A model generated the notes under the pieces. The model worked only from the letters and a program-made list of their open reading frames with translations. It had not been told where the DNA came from and made no database searches. A stretch of DNA of 64,000 nucleotides from Catajapyx aquilonaris (Eukaryota): contig JYFJ02001230.1 of assembly GCA_000934665.2 (NCBI GenBank), positions 1 to 64,000 of the forward strand, written 5' to 3'. Below, piece by piece: positions 40,972 through 55,300 of this stretch. The position numbers and the translations under genes are program-made. The first letter of the stretch is position 1, and each line of letters starts with the position of its first letter.

Positions 40972-43900
40972 GACACCCACAATCGGTTCAGTTACGACTG
41001 TATTGGCCTACGGTCTCCTGATTTGCGACAACTCCAGGAATTTGATCAGGACATAGTAAGTACATCTGGTTATTTTTGCAGCGATGTCTGTAGGGGACAT
41101 AATTGGGACAGTGCAATTAATATGGGGGAAACGTCTATTGGTTTTATCAGAAGCGCGACAGGAGTAAATTCAATTGTGCAATGCAGGGTGGGGTGTAATT
41201 GAATTTAATGTTTGGAAAACTTGCATCAAGGTTGGACTATCATCTAATAAACAGGCTTGCAGGTATTCAGAGTGTGAGTAAGTGGTTCTAAAATGCAGTG
41301 TGGCAAAATAGAGTGCATACCATGACCTTTAATCGCTTTAATTTCACTTTTTTTGGCACGTGCAATTATGTGAGATGCCTATTCATTACCTAAATAATAG
41401 CGGTAGTCAATATGTCGGTACTCATTAGTTTTTAAAAAAGAGTGACATTTAATCAATTTCCATTCATGTTATTTTCGCATTTCTTTCACTCTCGCACAAT
41501 AAAAAGTCAGTGTATATCGATCATATCGTTATTCAATAATGCGTGACCTTACATTTCCGGGAAAACTTTTCCAGTTGCATATACAAAGCTGACAGCTCAT
41601 GAAATCAATCATCCAGTAGTAAGGCCCGATAGTAGGCGTCTTTTAAAATGATTTTAAAATGTCGTAACAATTTTTTTATTCTTCCATCACTGCAATATCA
41701 AGATTACGGCTTACTTCCACGGTTGAATATTCTTCCGGAAATCGAGCAGCAAATATTTCCGCCCATTGAAGATGAGCCATGTATCGAATCCATCAGCACC
41801 CACCACTTCTATGGTACACCTCAGCTCTTCAAAATCCGCTCTTCCATTAGGCGGAAGGTGGGCGTGCAAAAAAATAGCAAACTGGGAAAAAAAAATCTGC
41901 ACGAACAGAGTTCGAAACTTTGCATATCAAGCTTTGTTGCTGCGGAATTATTCTCGCTTGAAGCCTTAATCCGGTGACCAGGGCCCACGTCCATTTGCAA
42001 TACACACATCATTTGGCTAATCCTAAATGGGAGCCAAGTTTGTCCCAGGCTACTCTACTTACCTGCTATGTACTCCACCTCTTTTTTTTATACACTATAT
42101 ATTTAATTAAAACGCAAGACTGACGTTGGAAAGAAAAAGTCGGCAGAGCTTGAAATTGGAACAGTGGCCAAAATGGACGCGTTTTTTGTGCACACTCTGT
42201 AACGTGGGCTGTACTTTCCCGCTGGAAAAACAGCCGTTAAAATGTAAATCACCCAAATGAGGATTTAATAAGAGACTAAGTAAACATCTTAGCAGCTACC
42301 GCTATCAGAGTAAATGTCGGGATTATGCCAGAAGGGCAATTGCATAATCATTTTACAAATGCCATCAGGGGCATTGTTCTGAATAATGGGAGTCATGCCT
42401 GGGATTATTGCACAAAAGTGAGGCGCATTTTGATTCTCGGATAAAATGTGCACTGATTCAATTAATTACGTATAGCTATAGTCGAAATATTTTAATTAAA
42501 TCACAGGCGCCTATCGATAGCGTGCAGATGCATTGTTTGCCAATTATGCACTGGGCTGCTGGCAGTGAGCGAATATTGCATTATTAACGTAGTGTGAATT
42601 AGTTTCATTAGCTACATTTTTTTGCATATGTGTTATATGCTAATTTCATGTCATAATTTGTCGGTTTGCATTAAACAAGTCTTAATAACTATACGATTAA
42701 GGACGAAACCTCTTCCCTTTTTTAAAGCACTCGCACTTTTTTGCCAACAAAACCGCAATTCCTTGACCCAACATAAACTGCCAACCTCATTATCGCACAC
42801 CTCATTAAACTCCAGCCTGGCAAGACCGTAGTCACGCAGTAATCGTCTCTCACACAATTTCACAAGTTCGCATTAAAATAAGTACATGAAATTACAAAGA
42901 CGCGATCTCATGGGAAATTCAAGTCGTATAGGCTCAGATCGATATAAGTAAAACGCGTTTCAATCCCAAAGGGGCTTGATATTATGAGGGGACAAGATAA
43001 AGTGTACATTTCTGCACATTTTGGCCTCTCTTTTTATTCTGGAATATATTCAACCCTTTGGTATATGTACACAATGCCCGTAACGACCATTGTAGCCTTG
43101 GGGTGTCTTGTGTATACTGGACTTAATTAGTGCGACTTGCGGGTTATGTGGGATGTTAAAAACGCCAGCTCAAATAACTACAGGTAACCAATACCCAAGC
43201 GCGTTTGCTTTGTGTTGATTTTGCGCCCATGTCAAGTTCTGGGTTACTAAATCAGACTGACACTAACTTCTTCATTATCTTTGCGCTTCAACTCTCATTC
43301 AACTGATCAAAAGGGCGGAAAGAAATTGCCTTTACAAACAGACAACATTGTGCAAGTACATAGCCAATTAAAAAGTAGTCGACTTTGTTGGAGTAACTTT
43401 TAATAGGCAGCAGTTAGCGCAACTATAGACAGTAGTACATAAAGGGTAATTCAGTAACGCACTGTTTATCAGGCCAATAACCACCGGTAACTGCCGCATT
43501 TATAAAGGTTGTAAACATGCAAAGTGACTATTTGCTCATAAATCACTATCAAAGCCGTTTTACATAATTTTGCAATCCATCCGTACAATAATGAACATCC
43601 GCTAAAAGCAAAACCCATTGGCGGATATCGGAACGCACAATCCCCCACAAAATATAAAACTGTCGATTCAAATAATTATCCCACAAGTTTATACGACCCG
43701 AATGAGTAGCCTATGAAAGTGTCCAGCAACACATTGTTGGGTTCCCGTTTTCCAGGAACTCCAACACAATGTTGGGTCGTAATCCTTGGTGTCGGTGAGC
43801 CAAGTCAGAGTCGGGGATGAACCGGGATCAGGAAGCTCAGGAATTAAGTTCAGAGTGGCCACCATGTTTAATTAAATCGGACTTAAAGGTCTGTTTCCGT

Positions 43901-46900
43901 AATCGCTTTTCCGGGCTTGCTTCCTGCTTTCCTAACGATTGTTGTCAAAGCCTCTCTTCTCTGGGTCTCCATCTGCATGCCAATCAGAAACCGCCGTATT
44001 TCCAGACACCTTTTGGCAGGGATTAATTTAATTAATCAGTTTAGCTTCCTCAACTATAACGAGCTTGTATACTTAGCTGGCTGGTATTACTATCGGCGCT
44101 ACGTCAAAGAGTTTACGACATTCGCGTATTCATGTATCAATCGCAGGTAGCTGGATTTCTAAATTAAATATATTTATGTTAGCCAAACCTAACCATATTC
44201 AAATTGAGCAAGATCCACCTCTTTGCACAGCAAGTCTAAAATTACATCTTTCTCCCAGAAATCGTTTAGAACAGTCCCCTACTAACCCAAAGTGTTCCAT
44301 TAAAATGTTGACTCTTCCCAAACAAGCCGAGTAGTAGAAACGATGCCACGGAGGATCCCACGACCATCCCCCGCCTTGCAATGGCACTAATTACATAACG
44401 AAGGATTCCTCCTCTTAATGCCCTCGGTGAATGATTTGTCACGTGCACAGGAAAACCTGGGCTCTTTGCGGCCTGCTTAACGTTTGTGGACAAACTTGAC
44501 CACTTGGGACTAAGTAGGCGGGAAGATGGACTAACCTTTAACACTTCTCATGTCCGGTAATGCCTAATGAGGTTTTCATTACCGGGTGTGACACTCATCA
44601 TACTTTGTATGCGATGGACGTTTTTTGCTTGCGTTTTGGATTAGTTGGGATTCGCATTAACAAGTTAGCATTTTTTTGAGGTGAAATTCATTACAAGTGC
44701 TGGTGTAGGGACTTGTTGACACGGAGTCGTGTATTATGCAATGGCTTTTTATATGTCAGGTGCTGATGGGTATTCGCTTTATGATTTTGGAATTTCCGGA
44801 AACACGAAATTATTGATATATTTTTTTCCCCAAATTGAGATAGTGTCACATACTGTATGTGCGAAAATGTAGGCGTGTCTATAGTTTATTGTTGTCGTGT
44901 GCCATGAATAATTTCATTGCTCAGTATAAGCAGAACGCTGTGGGTGGTGGGTCCTAATCTAGAGCCTGGGGTATAGTGCCGTAGTGCTCAGTTACAGTTT
45001 CCCGCTCCGCTTTTTATGAGGCACATCATTAATTTTAGCTACCCTGCACTGTTCAAAGGGTCTGCAAAATACTGTATATTTTTCTAGCTCTTGTCATATC
45101 CGTATCTGTCAGCAATAAAATATTATTATATCTCGCATATGCTGTATGAAGCAGTGTGTGTTGCATCAAATAATATTTTGTATCGCATAATTTTGCAAAC
45201 TTGGAAAAATTGCTTATCCTTGATATGTGGAAAGTCCTGCACATTTATAATCATAAAACTGCCCATGCACTCATAGGTCTATCTGATAAGCATATGGACG
45301 TGCGAAGTAGACTTTTTCCTAATTATGAGCGTCATGTACTGTAGGATCAATAACGGCTGTTGTCAATGTTCGTATTCGTAACATCCCGTTCATTTATCAT
45401 TACATGAATATTATGCATAATGGGCCAGAACTGAAATGAGAAATTTGGACAATGATGTCTTTTCAGAATATATACAGTGTCTTTTTGGCCCCAGGTAGGC
45501 CTAATGGCTTTGTGGAACTGAAACAATGCAAGTTTACTTTTGAGGTAAAAGCAAGAGTTTTGTACGATATTACTGTAGAAAACGGCCTGTGGGTGGGGTG
45601 TGAGATAAAAATTACTGTCGAGACAAGGGAGTGATATAACTGCCCGCAGACCAGCCGAAGTGTAGTCACCCGCTCTGTGGACTTAAAGAACCAGAAGTAC
45701 GTCACAGCACTATTGTTTGCCATCCTTTTACACGCATTCTTGTCAAACAACGGTAAAACATAAACACACAAGCTTTGAACACACAAAAATGGGACCTCGA
45801 TTTTAGCAAGTTTTTTTAGAGTGTCACTTTTGAGCATTTGTGACATTTCCGTTGTTCATTTTTGCAAAACCCAATTCGGCCAAACAATGCAGATTTTGGA
45901 GCCCCCGCATGCTAACAATAGCGCTAATGCCCTAAATAAATTACGTCAATGTGTAAACCTTATCTGGTAATTACATACGGAATCCTTCCACCAAAACCAC
46001 AGTTCCTCTTAATGAGAGCACTGAATCAAAACCTCCGAGTGTTCCCACAAGCTGAGAGATGTCCCACAGACAAGAAAAGAACGTGACCTGAATATGGTCT
46101 CCCGCATAAGGCAGATCGAGCGAATGATCTCGATAACTCCCAAGACACGGTTTTGCGAATTTCAACTTTTTTTTGCAATATAAAGGCCTATATAGTTTAA
46201 GCCCAGTCCTGGACTGAATGCTCATAATTTCAGTTTTGAATTTGTGGAAACTTCCTGAGATGCTGAGTAATACCACCCAGGTCGTTTCTAACTAGGTCGT
46301 CTGGGTGGATAAAAAGTGACATTAAAACTGCTTCACTACCTGCAGACTTTAGGTACGAATTCTATCCAAATCTGCAATCGATTCTTGTGCAATCATGCCT
46401 CCCGAATTCAATAGAATCAACTTTAAAGGAACTGGTTCACTTTGAAGTCCCACACTGCTACATAGTAATGAATAGTGCACATACACAACTCCATTTTCTG
46501 ACAGTTTTCAGAAACTTTTTGGTAATCTTTAGACGATGAGATGTGCAGAGTCACAGTTCAACTGATACCTTTAACCTTTGACACCAATATCTAGCACTAT
46601 AGGTCATTGCTAACGATGCTGGCGGAAGCCATCCTATCATATTCCACTTTGTATTGTACAGCATATTTCCCGGAAATGGAAGTTCAGTGACTGAATCCGT
46701 ACATTTCAATGTTAGGGCTAAATAAAGATCGCATAGTTCCCATGTCTGCATAAAATGGCAGTAACGAAATCAATTCGTTGAATGTCATCCTTTGCATGCC
46801 AATTCCAGACAAGGCTCCAAAAAATCATCGAAAATAAGTTTGTGGGACGAAGTCCCCCAAGTGCCATCAATACCCACCTTTTTGTGGAGTAGAAGCAAAC

Positions 46901-49900
46901 ACGGTTGGGCGACGTTGTTCAACTTTATGATATTATACGGCGAACCTGATCGCCCAATGTGGCCATAAATAAAACAGGGCATTGGACTTTGTCTATAAAA
47001 CACTAGTTCCGGTTATTCGTGGACCAAACTGCCCATTACTTTTCAGCAGATGGTACGCTGTGTCAATATAATACAAACCAGGTATATAAATAGCGAAGAA
47101 AATGATGTTATCCTTAATTCGGTATCACAATAGAACTCTTTCAGAGCGGAGGAGGAATATTTAAATAGGGCACTACAGTCTCTCGAAAATCCAGCTTCGC
47201 CAAATATTTTTCTACCCTGGCTCATGGGGACAGTCAACTCTATTTCCTTTTACGCAGTTTGCGCTACGACGAGACTCTGTTTCGAAACAAATTTTACGTG
47301 TTCTGCTCCATCTTGCCCTACTGTATTAAACAAATCCCTGTGCACACTGTATGATACACATGGGACAGAAAATAAAGGCAGTAAAGGCTGTTTTTTTACG
47401 TCGTCGTAAGAACTCTTCCGCTCCAAAATTCAGCATTACGTCAGTAATCTGAACCTCCTTAAAATTGGAGGAAGCTTCAGTAAAATATTTCTGTGCAGTA
47501 CATTAATGGTGATTGCCCTGGAGTAATTAAATGAGGCTCATTCAGATACACTCTATGCTGAATCCCACGCGTTCTATAGATATGACGCCTCTGGCCTCTA
47601 ACAGCGTACGAATAAGTCACGTTTATGACCGACAAAGTCGAGTTCAGAAGTGATGCAATTAGTAAAGCTTCCTCCTACCCCATCCTCCATTGAGCACAAC
47701 CAGCAAAAGATTATAATCTTCCAGAGGAGTCTTAATACCTGTAGCAGGAAGCCCAACATCAAACTTGACTTATCTGCCGCGAAGGCAAAAGGAAGGATCA
47801 TTAAACCGTCGCTGTGATCATTAAAGGGTTTCCCTTAGTGAATAGAGCGAGGCTTTGCCCCTTCTCTTCTCAGTTTGAGGGGGCAGCATCTGCAGAGGCT
47901 CTTGTCAAAGCCCGAATGTTTCTCCGGTTCGTTAGGGGCCAACGAGGCAATTCCAACCGACAACACAACCCACGAGACAATAGACTCGACCACACACAAA
48001 GGGACTTGTCCAAATATATTTCAAACACTAATTTTTCCACCACGCCACATCATAGGACAGTTAATCCTAACTTGTGCTGTACAATTCCAAACCCTGCAAG
48101 TCCGAACATGTCACGCATGTTGGGCGCAAATTCCGCAACGGCCTCTTGCGTAATGAAATCAAAGCTCGCTAGGAACGTGTGTCCTTTTGGTCGACCTCCA
48201 TTTCTATATACACTATAGAAGAAAAGAACTGCTCCCATCTCTGTTTTTAATTGGTCGTCAAGAGCAAAAAAGGCCAACCAAGGGCGGTTAGGTACGGGCA
48301 GTTTCGTGCTGACCACTGCTATACCCCTGCATGCTATGTGGTCAGTATAAGTCCACTTAAACGACGGTTCATTGTCCGTCCTGGAAAGCAATATGATATG
48401 AAATTGGATTGGGGACTACTCCTGATCTAATTAAGGCGATCCGGTGACAGAACACGACGGTGGACAAATTCGAGTCTCGTATATTGCATCCTGTACTTTA
48501 CTCAAAATATCTTAAAAGGCTAGAAAACTATCGTGGTTTCTGAGCATAACTTCATTTCCTTCTCGTTAAGTAAACTACGTCGAGATAACCGACAGTGCCC
48601 AGTATTTGCACTGGCAAAACAAATGTCTCGCAAATTTGCACCGTGGCAAATATCATTACAGGTGTATGATACCTGATAGACATTTAATGTCATTAAACTG
48701 TCATAAAGTAAGGCATTGTTAATATACAGTATTTATAAGAGTGGGCGTTATGAAGATGATAATAAAAATAGACTGGTTTTCGCCATGAAAATGTTTAATG
48801 TGGCTTAAAAATAGTATTTCACTCCGCTTAGCATGTGCAGATTTCATTATTTTGAGCCAGTGAAAGCTACATATTTTTTTGTAATGTAGTCTTATTTTAG
48901 ACTGCACTTTTTGTGATAGAAGCAGATAAATGGACCAGACCAGCTATATGCTGTTGTTTACTGCAAATGGTGAACCCTAGAAAATAGAATTTACGCCGGC
49001 TTACACCTTTGGTCAAAAACGAGGACTTAGCACAACCATCAGTATAATATCAGAGGCGGAAATGCAGTAAAAAATATGGCATAGGCCTATAAGAGTAATA
49101 CCATCATTAGTTAATCAGGTGCACGAGGGCAAAAAAATCTCTGAACTATGGCTCGGCATAGAGGTCAGTTATAATCTTGCCAGGGATTGATTTCTCAATG
49201 TACTTATTTTTAGCTACACATAAAAATGCGACATGAGGCTGAATAAAATTTTATTCCCAAGATGAAAATTATTAATATATATTTTAGTAGAAATTCCTCA
49301 TTAATTGCACACGCTCGTAAAGGCAATGGCACTGAAACATAAATAAATGCCATCGTGTAACGGTAACTAATAATGACGCAATTTCATAAGATGCCATAAT
49401 AATACCAATCAGCAATGACGTATATGTGCAAGGCTTCGGGAAAAAACCGAATGTTTAAAATAACAAAACTAACATACAGGTAATGATGGCAGATGGTACT
49501 ATTAGCATGCAAAATATGGCACTTGATCGTCATTGCGCATCACAAAATAGAAGTCAGCAATTTAAGAGCAAGTGACGCAGAAGAAGGCATGTGATTACCA
49601 AATGTCAAGTCGTCATCATAATAACGAGGCCCCGCCAATTTCCTTCTGATTTCCCAAAATCTTTTGTTATTCCCTCGGAATGATGATAAAGCCATTCGTC
49701 AATCCTGTCTCTAAATTGCCCTCCTCTTCACAACATCCCCAGTTCGTTGACTCCTCCAGAAAATATTCTGATCAAACCAACTTTGTCCAGTTTACGACTT
49801 TTGACCCAACAAGTTCATTTATCCTAACGACGTCTTCCTGCTCTCCTCCAATTAACGAATCAATCTCGACGCTAATAAAGAAACGAAGATGTGATATACA

Positions 49901-51202
49901 AGCAGATTTGCACAACTGTTTAGAATACCTGATTACTTGCATTACATTACTTTTGCATTACATTACTAGAAAGAAAGTCTGGCCCTGACCTTTATAGAAC
50001 CGGATGAACATGGAAGCAGCAAAGGTTGCAGATATTTAGGATGTGTGCCACATCCTGTTTTCCTAAGTCAGTCCTAAGTCCATTATAAGACATATCATTT
50101 AACTTGCCTCTAATGAGTAATTTAATAACGCGAGATTACGTAGGAGTAAAATTCGACAGCACTTCCCACACCGCATTTGTGGCCATAATTCCCAAAAGAA
50201 AGGAAAAGGCTTCATTTCCGGATTTGCTGTTCTTGACGCAAGACTCTTTAGAGGCTTATGAAATTTTTGCAAATTTTTGTAAAAAAAAATAACTTAGCCA
50301 TAGGTTGATACATGCGCCATTGGTACACTAAGCAACAGGTAGCCCCAAATGTACCGGCATGACACCCCGTCCCAATTGATTATTTCCGGGGACACACCAT
50401 AAACGGCCAAGAATGGCCCGCTAAAACCATCCGGGCCTGCCAATTAAACAGGAAGGGGGCCACCCACCTCCGGTATAATTAAAAGACTTATCCCAGGGTT
50501 AATCCGCCCTTAGCAGGCAATCCCCACCGGCCCCGAATCCCGTGCCCGGAACCCCGTCTCTTGGCTTATCCCGACCCCTGATCAAATGCCTCAATTACCG
50601 CCTCCTTGCCCGGACTCAATTAAATCCGGGCTGTCATCTCGGACACCACGACATGTCCGTTTCCTATCGGATATCGATATCTTCAATTCTGATGGAATTG
50701 TTATGGTTACGGGGCCGGTTTCTAATCCGGAACAACCGACGTGCTTGCAAAATAAACCCGCATCACCCGAAGGATTTTTTGGTCCGGTTCTTCGATTAGG
50801 TGTGCAAACACTAGATACTAGTCCGGAATTGAATTTTGCGATTTGACGTTGTTTGTGACCTATATGTTCTTAAATGAAATGTAGCGGAAACTTGCTATTC
50901 AAAAATGACCACCCAGTGTGCACCAGTGTGGGCTTGCATATAGGGGCTGAAACAATTCATCGTTGATGCTGGTACACGATCTGTTGACTACATTCAGGCT
51001 TTAGGATGGGCCTAAAAGCATCGAACCTGTTGTTTGGAAGTATAAGTTGCCATCTGTCACCTCTCCCACAGTTTTCTGCAGGCTTTTCGATTGATCCAAT
51101 AATGCAGGCACTCAGAGGCCCGCTCCAGGCATTACCATTGGCGGGACCAATTTTTGGGCAAGCCGCTTTCGTACTTACCTTTTGTTGTGTCTTTCCCTGT
51201 AG

Positions 51203-51638
51203 CAATCAGGCCATCAGGATGCGACGAGGCGACAATCTGGCGTGGATGCTGTTCCTGTGGCCACTGATCCTCCTGAGCAGCAGTGGTGATGCCACCCCGT
51301 ACCGCCAACACCAGCTGGGCACCTGGGCCGGGCATCGAGGGCAGTCAGGGGTGGCAGGGTACTTCGTGGTACATCCAGCTCTTGCGAAGACCAGGATGTG
51401 GTCATCTCCGGAGCCGGTGGTCCAGGAAGAGGAAGATGATGATGGGGAAGAGGTGCTTCAGCAGGTGAAAAGAAGGGCGCCCATCAGCAAGAAGGCGTTC
51501 AGCCTGTTCGCGAGGGTTAAGCCCTTCCAGATGTTCCAATTGGGCTCTCCTGAGACGGACTTCGTCTCGGCTGTCACCCGGGGCGCACCCAAGGTACGGC
51601 AGCTGCGTCCTGTGGGTCAACCTCTGCGGTGGGGGTGA
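51203..51638 (+). CDS. HanSolin-type neuropeptide precursor (GQPLRW-amide); ATG at 51219 or in an upstream micro-exon
   Basis: Signal peptide (WMLFLWPLILLSSSGDA), acidic spacer, KRR and KK cleavage sites, and mature AFSLFARVKPF...DFVSAVTRG...RPVGQPLRW-G-stop. Acceptor TTTCCCTGTAG at 51202. AATAAA at 51877. Confidence 0.85.
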
Positions 51639-52229
51639 AGAAGACCACTGCGATAAAACAACCACTCCTCTTCCTTTCTCTGACCCTATGTTGTCATTCT
51701 GCGGTATGTTTCTCTTACATTTGATGATTCACAATGCTTCAGACTTGACCTTGGCCACATCCAGGATACTGTGGTTTTGGCTGCTTGTCCTCAGCGGTAA
51801 CGGAAAATATGTCGATGTTGTTATATAAACTAGGTTTACCCCCGTCTATCCCCTTTTCCTAGGCAGGAGTATGTGGAATAAAAATAAAGTACGTGATTAT
51901 TTTAACCTGCACGTCCATTGACTTATATGTCTGCGACCATTGTGTTTCACGGCATGAAATTGAGGCTGAGAAATATTCAGGACTGACAGTAGATTTATTT
52001 TGAGATGTCAGCAAATGTCCAATTAATGATTATTATTTTGTAATTAAATAGAGCTTTATGTCACTACTGATTCAAATGCCAACTGTAGTAAAAAATATGC
52101 ATTTTTACCACCAAAATATAATCTGAATTGTTACATCCTTCCATGCCTCTTATGAGGAGGAACAATATTTTTAATTTAATTATTGCCATATGTTCAATTA
52201 CGAATTATCTACAATTTACAGATATGCAG

Positions 52230-52371
52230 CAGGGATGACCAAACTATAAGTGCACTATCCATCGAGCTCATGTCCTTAAAATTAGCATAATTTTGGAAAA
52301 CAAATAATAAAAACTTGGTCCACTTCACCTAGGTATATTCACGTGTGCTCATTGCAGCTTGGCCATCCCTG
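52230..52371. mobile_element. hAT-like MITE
   Basis: TIR CAGGGATGACCAA / TTGGCCATCCCTG. No clear TSD. Confidence 0.5.
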
Positions 52372-55300
52372 CATAAACAAAGGTCCATCTCTCAACTAAT
52401 GTCACAACATGCTGTGAGTTTCTGTACCACTCTTTATTTATTTGCCAATTGATACGAAAATAAATATTGTTTTCCGTAGAAAAAAGCACCACTTGTGAAC
52501 CCCGTAATTACATGCTACTATGTAGTACACAACATCCTTTCCCACTAATGTTGTCACCTGTGCCACTTCTGTATTAGTTGCTTCATGTCCCATTAAAGAC
52601 TGCTCAAAAAGCCTCCCGTTTTGGTCAAGGTTGCACAGCTTCGTCGAGGTACTGCCTGATTCATGTGCTTGACTACAGGTCGAAATAATTAGAACTCATA
52701 TTAATGAGAAACTAGACAATCTCCTATTGTGATGACGCCAACCCAAGTTAAAATTATTTTTGAGGGCAGGTCCTTTTGTGCGATTCTCATAAGACTCTTT
52801 CAAAAGAACACTAGAGAAAGCAACAATGAGGCACCCAAATGACCAAATTCCTAGAAACACACACTTACAGTTACCTCTCTCGTTTCATTCAACTTAACTT
52901 CAGCACAGCTTCAAATGAGAAAACAGAAAGGTGGAATATTTGGTGGGCACATCTAAGGCATTGAATGGCGACTTCTTCTGTAATAATGAGGTTAGTAAAT
53001 GAAATTAGCCTATGTCACAACGTCACATGCATGTCCACCTGGTCAGGAAGAGCTGTGGAGAGGGCCTCTCTCCTGTCGCTCTAATTTGGGGTAATTTAAG
53101 GCAACTCCACAGATCCAATTATTTCTCTTCCTGGCCGTGTAATTACACACTAACAAGTTTTGCAACCATATCTTAAAATGCTACCGTTCCAAGAATAACT
53201 TATGCAGGAGGATGTTACTCCCTTCTGCGTTCAGGTATAGACCAGGGCCTGCATCTAAAATCCATTACTGAACTATGTATATAGCAAGTGCATCCATCGA
53301 AGTGATAGTCCCAACTACTACTTGTTGCAGTATTGTGCAATACAGAATAGTGCAGTTGCATGACACAACCTGGAATTAAGAAGCGAATCTTCAATAAATC
53401 ATGGGTAATATATCCAATAACGATATTTTTATCAAATACTGAACCTCATAAAACAGATCTGCCAATGATCAAAGATTTACAATTATGAAATGATTTTTTT
53501 TTTTTTTTTTCATTTTTCCAGCTTCAGCTCTACATTATCTCACAGCTATATTCCTTGTAGAGAAAGTTTCAAACTGCACCTCACTCTCTGCCAAAGACCC
53601 TGAAATCTAATTACACACCTCAATCAATCACGTACTGTCTGGGGGACACAAAATACCTCCCAGCAGTACCCCCTCTTGCGTTTCCCAATGGCTTGAGCCA
53701 AGAGGTGTATCTCCCCTAGTTTTCTGAATGCACTCATTAGTCTCAATTCACACTCTGAGTTCCAGCTACCTCATCCCAAGCTTAATGTCATTTTCGTCTA
53801 TTATTGAGAAATGTACACTTTCGATACCTTCCTTCTAGATCTGGTTCGGCGTAATTGCAGACTTCTTGGGGTCCTCACTCCGGTTTCAGAAAGGGACACA
53901 GTTGGGATCTTCCCTCCCCCACATCCAGATATATGCCTCTAAATTAGCAATTAGCAATGGCAGTAACTGAGCACATAAAACCAATTATACAACTCCCACA
54001 CTGTGTCAAACTGCTCCAGATGTAACAGCAGCTGGAAATGTGAAAATAACAAGAAATTTTAGACACTTTCTCGTCATCGCCTACGTTAGCATGTTTTCAC
54101 CTTCGAGCTTCATTAAAAACTTCCCTGACCCCCCCAACCTGTAAATAAATCTGTAAAGTGGGGGTGCTGGGTTCATTAATCCACGGGGTCAGTCACCTTC
54201 TGAATAATTTATTTGTAGCTATTTACATAAATGTGTATTTGGCTGTGTTGAGAAACAAAATGAGATTAGGCAATGAATATATAAAAACACATCACATTCA
54301 AAACCACACTGGTCCTTTTGTTTGGACAATGGACATTTCCTGCAGATTATGGTAGCGCTAGTCCACAGCAAGACGATCGGTCAACAAGTCACTGCCAAAC
54401 AGTACAGGTGATATGCAGCACTGCTTGTGTGTGATGTATGTTATTACAGTATTTAGTTCAGTAAAGTGGAATGAAGTTCTATTATCATTGCCCATTTACA
54501 CATCGTGACGATGTATCTGTACAAATCAGGTGAACTGCAAACTATACGTATATATTTTTTGTTCCTAGGTTGGCTTAACCAGGTTATTTTAAAGCAACGT
54601 ATCCAAAAACATCGGTGCTTGTAGCCTCTCCAAATATGTACCCAACTCTTAAAGATGTGGCAAAATCTCAATATGGACACTGACTTTGCACTAAAAATCT
54701 TATAGATATACAGTACTAACAAGTAATAAACATTGGGAAGTATCAATTGAATTTGTCTTAGGCCTGCTATCCTGAAGGTGACATCCAATTGGATGGCAAT
54801 ATTAACAGATGCAAAACCTACATGATCACAATCATGTGAAATCAAAGAGCCATTATAGCTGACTATCTATGCAGATATCTGTGCAATTATAATACTCACC
54901 TAGCTATCATAAGGTACGGGTTACAAAATGGTAACATATACAAACAGGGTGAAAAATCTATCATGGCTCTGTTGCCAAATGATGATGTTTGATATATCCT
55001 GTGCTCATCCAGTTTTCCTAGCTAGCAATTTCACGGCAATCCAGGAAAGTGATATTGGCAGTTGGTTAATTACACGTGGAAACAAATGCCAGTCTGTTTT
55101 GTTCAGTCAGATTTTTGTTCAGGTGCATAAAGAAGAAAAACTGGATTCGATCACAGTCAAGCAAAATTACCAATTTAACAGTCCTTATTTTTCTTGGTCA
55201 ATGAAGACATTGCAGAGTATCAGTTACTCCCTCAGGCAACTTTTCTTATATACCAAATAATTGACATGATAAATCTGTCATCACATTTTGTAGCTGTCAT

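Noticed and set aside
40517..41064. Possible solo LTR or degenerate hammerhead (CTGAGGAG...GACAC)
   Set aside because: Termini and TSD are imperfect and the hammerhead core lacks GAAA and a sound stem II. A promoter plus first exon fits better.
37100..50900. Numerous 60-134 aa ORFs (e.g. 39610-39912, 41648-42012, 47814-48391)
   Set aside because: No recognisable motifs or coherent splice structure. Treated as non-coding.
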